Below, piece by piece: positions 24,590-26,332 of a stretch of DNA of 26,332 nucleotides. The notes below the pieces were generated by a model. The model saw only the letters and a program-made list of their open reading frames with translations. It searched no databases and was not told the origin of the DNA. Every line of letters starts with the position of its first letter. Position 1 is the first letter of the stretch. Both the position numbers and the translations under genes were made by a program. This stretch comes from a virus, in the IMG/VR virus record IMGVR_UViG_3300032087_002469. The stretch is one strand, 5' to 3'.

Positions 24590-25087
24590 ATGGCTAACAC
24601 AACATTTCTATCTAACGTCAGATCTGGCGGTGGAGATAGTACAAGAACAACTTACGCAGGTTCAGTAAGCTTACAGGCTCAATTTTATTTTGATCCTACT
24701 GCTGCGGCAGGAACTGATGTGCAAGTATCAGCAGCGGATACAAGACAAGTAATACTTCCACAAAATGCAATCATTACAGGAATAACTTTTAATGGTGCAG
24801 CAACAGGTGGTACAAACCCAACTATTGATATGGGTTACACTGACTTTGATGGTGGAACAAACTTTGTAGATGTTGATGGTTTGATTAATGAAGGAGATGC
24901 TGATGGTGGAATCGCAACAATTTGGGGTGGTGACACAGGATCAGGAGCTTCTTTAGGAAACCTAGCTTTACCAGCAACTGAAATTATTAAAATTGTTGGT
25001 GGACAAGGTGCTTCAGCAGCAACAGGTGGAACAATTACTGGAATCATTTACTACTATGTAAAAGATGACGGTAGTACATCTAACTAA
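24590..25087 (+). CDS. Putative head decoration/structural protein
   Basis: 165 aa Gly/Thr-rich beta-like protein downstream of capsid. Confidence 0.65.
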   Translation: MANTTFLSNVRSGGGDSTRTTYAGSVSLQAQFYFDPTAAAGTDVQVSAADTRQVILPQNAIITGITFNGAATGGTNPTIDMGYTDFDGGTNFVDVDGLINEGDADGGIATIWGGDTGSGASLGNLALPATEIIKIVGGQGASAATGGTITGIIYYYVKDDGSTSN

Positions 25088-25097
25088 TAATAAACTA

Positions 25098-25117
25098 GTG
25101 GCTCCTTCGGGAGCCAC
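25098..25117 (+). promoter_or_regulatory. UUCG-tetraloop hairpin without T-tract
   Basis: GTGGCTCC-TTCG-GGAGCCAC, perfect 8-bp stem. Confidence 0.8.
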
Positions 25118-25135
25118 AAATTAAAGGAGACAATT

Positions 25136-25426
25136 ATGTCAGGTGGAGGAAGTTTTACATCAGATCAGTCGGTAGCACATGCTACAAGTACTGCACAAAT
25201 GGTTCCTACGACTAAAAGAGCTAGAGTTACATCTATTCAAGGAAAAGGAAACGCAAGTGGTTCTATTATTTTAAGAACAGGTGGATCGACAGGAGATGTT
25301 GTTGCTACATATTTATTCGGAACTGAAGGACTGTCTGAATATGTACCAGGTTCTGGAATTTTATTTGTAGAAGGTGTTCATGCAACTATTGCAGGAACTA
25401 CTGGAGTAACAATTACATTTACGTAA
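25136..25426 (+). CDS. Putative structural protein
   Basis: 96 aa, AAAGGAG RBS. Confidence 0.65.
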   Translation: MSGGGSFTSDQSVAHATSTAQMVPTTKRARVTSIQGKGNASGSIILRTGGSTGDVVATYLFGTEGLSEYVPGSGILFVEGVHATIAGTTGVTITFT

Positions 25427-25427
25427 G

Positions 25428-25748
25428 ATGGATTACTACGCTGATTTAGGATTAGAGATAGAATCTTTTGCTAAAGGCGGTATGCCTGCTCGTAACAAGA
25501 AAAACTATCGTAGTACTAAATCAGGTGCGGGAATGACTACGGCCGGTGTTAAGGCTTACAGAAGACTTAATCCTGGATCTAAATTAAAAACAGCTGTTAC
25601 AGGTAAAGTTAAAAAAGGAAGCAAAGCATCTAAACGTAGAAAGTCTTATTGTGCAAGAAGCGCAGGACAGATGAAAATGCACAACGTTAATTGTAGTAAA
25701 ACTCCAGATAAGAGAATATGCGCTGCAAGAAGACGTTGGAAGTGTTAG
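25428..25748 (+). CDS. Conserved phage basic Cys-containing protein
   Basis: GMPARNKKNYRSTKSGAGMTTAGVKAYRRLNPGSKLKTAVTGKVKKGSKASKRRKSYCARSAGQM. Confidence 0.75.
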   Translation: MDYYADLGLEIESFAKGGMPARNKKNYRSTKSGAGMTTAGVKAYRRLNPGSKLKTAVTGKVKKGSKASKRRKSYCARSAGQMKMHNVNCSKTPDKRICAARRRWKC

Positions 25749-25957
25749 AAAAAAAATACTGGTTATTTCTAGATTTTATTGTCTATGTTATAATGTGGTT
25801 ATTATTTATTTTATTAATATTAGGAGTTTTTGTAAGAACAATGATTGATCGTTTTATATATTCATTTTTTGGTGCATTAGATAATATATGGAATTTTTTA
25901 AGTGCACCAAAATGTAAGTGTAAGAAAAATAACAAAGGAGATAAATATGATAGATAA
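25742..25957 (+). CDS. Membrane hypothetical protein
   Basis: GTG start at 25742 overlapping the upstream stop is an alternative to track start 25718; strongly hydrophobic core. Confidence 0.45.
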   Translation: MLEKKYWLFLDFIVYVIMWLLFILLILGVFVRTMIDRFIYSFFGALDNIWNFLSAPKCKCKKNNKGDKYDR

Positions 25958-26048
25958 AATCAAAAGCAAAATTGCTCATTACTGGTCAGACCACAAGATT
26001 GAATGTCTTGTAGTTGCAGTTTTAGTTGTAGCTTACGTATTAAAGTAA
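25947..26048 (+). CDS. Small membrane protein (33 aa), absent from track
   Basis: AAAGGAG RBS; MIDKIKSKIAHYWSDHKIECLVVAVLVVAYVLK*. Confidence 0.6.
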   Translation: MIDKIKSKIAHYWSDHKIECLVVAVLVVAYVLK

Positions 26049-26146
26049 TGATTATGGAGTGTGCTAGGATGGATTATAGATTCACAGCGATGTTAATTAT
26101 TGCTCTTTGTCTCCTAGCATTCTTCGGAGGTCCAAGTGTCAAATAA
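26048..26146 (+). CDS. Small membrane protein (32 aa), absent from track
   Basis: TAATG coupling; MIMECARMDYRFTAMLIIALCLLAFFGGPSVK*. Confidence 0.5.
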   Translation: MIMECARMDYRFTAMLIIALCLLAFFGGPSVK

Positions 26147-26332
26147 ACCATTACATATCGGAGAAGAGGCAGCCGTGCAGATGCCAATGAAGACGGTAGT
26201 CTCATTAATAATTATCGTAGCACTCGGCACCATGGGTTACTTTCAGATTGTAGAACGTCTAAACATAGCTGACACTAGACTCCAGTTAATGGAGAAAGAT
26301 TTAACAGAGAACACAGACTTTAGAATAAAGTG
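26136..26332 (+). CDS. Membrane protein continuing past the window, conserved in marine phages by recall
   Basis: GTG start after CGGAGG; MSNKPLHIGEEAAVQMPMKTVVSLIIIIVALGTMGYFQIVERLNIADTRLQLMEKDLTENTDFRIK. Confidence 0.7.
   Translation, partial: MSNKPLHIGEEAAVQMPMKTVVSLIIIVALGTMGYFQIVERLNIADTRLQLMEKDLTENTDFRIK

Overview
This AT-rich window looks like part of a tailed-phage genome, probably marine and of pelagiphage/uvMED-like gene content (inferred from protein families, not searched). Recognisable modules: replication (DUF3310-like protein, family A DNA polymerase), many small unknown ORFs, a GIY-YIG protein, a minus-strand PAPS-reductase-like protein, a terminase small-subunit-like protein, a VRR-NUC-like nuclease, then terL, portal, methyltransferase-like, GroES-like, scaffold-like, major capsid and other structural genes. 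I saw no tRNA, rRNA, integrase, reverse transcriptase or CRISPR array. The most unusual region is about 8.65-11.13 kb. There a GC-rich modular repeat recurs in one orientation: a CTCGTT-rich tract followed by a CTGG/CCAG palindromic tract. It lies between small genes and is associated with near-identical TTGACA promoter-like boxes and stem-loops. One copy is followed by a strong predicted promoter and a structured, apparently noncoding segment at 8814-8938. This resembles in concept, but not in sequence, the promoter/stem-loop cassette elements described in T4-like phages, and it is my main candidate for an undescribed system. Also notable are several unannotated small ORFs, an operator-like repeat array at 6993-7096, a palindromic divergent promoter near 3.5 kb, a Leu762-type polymerase and a phage GroES homolog.
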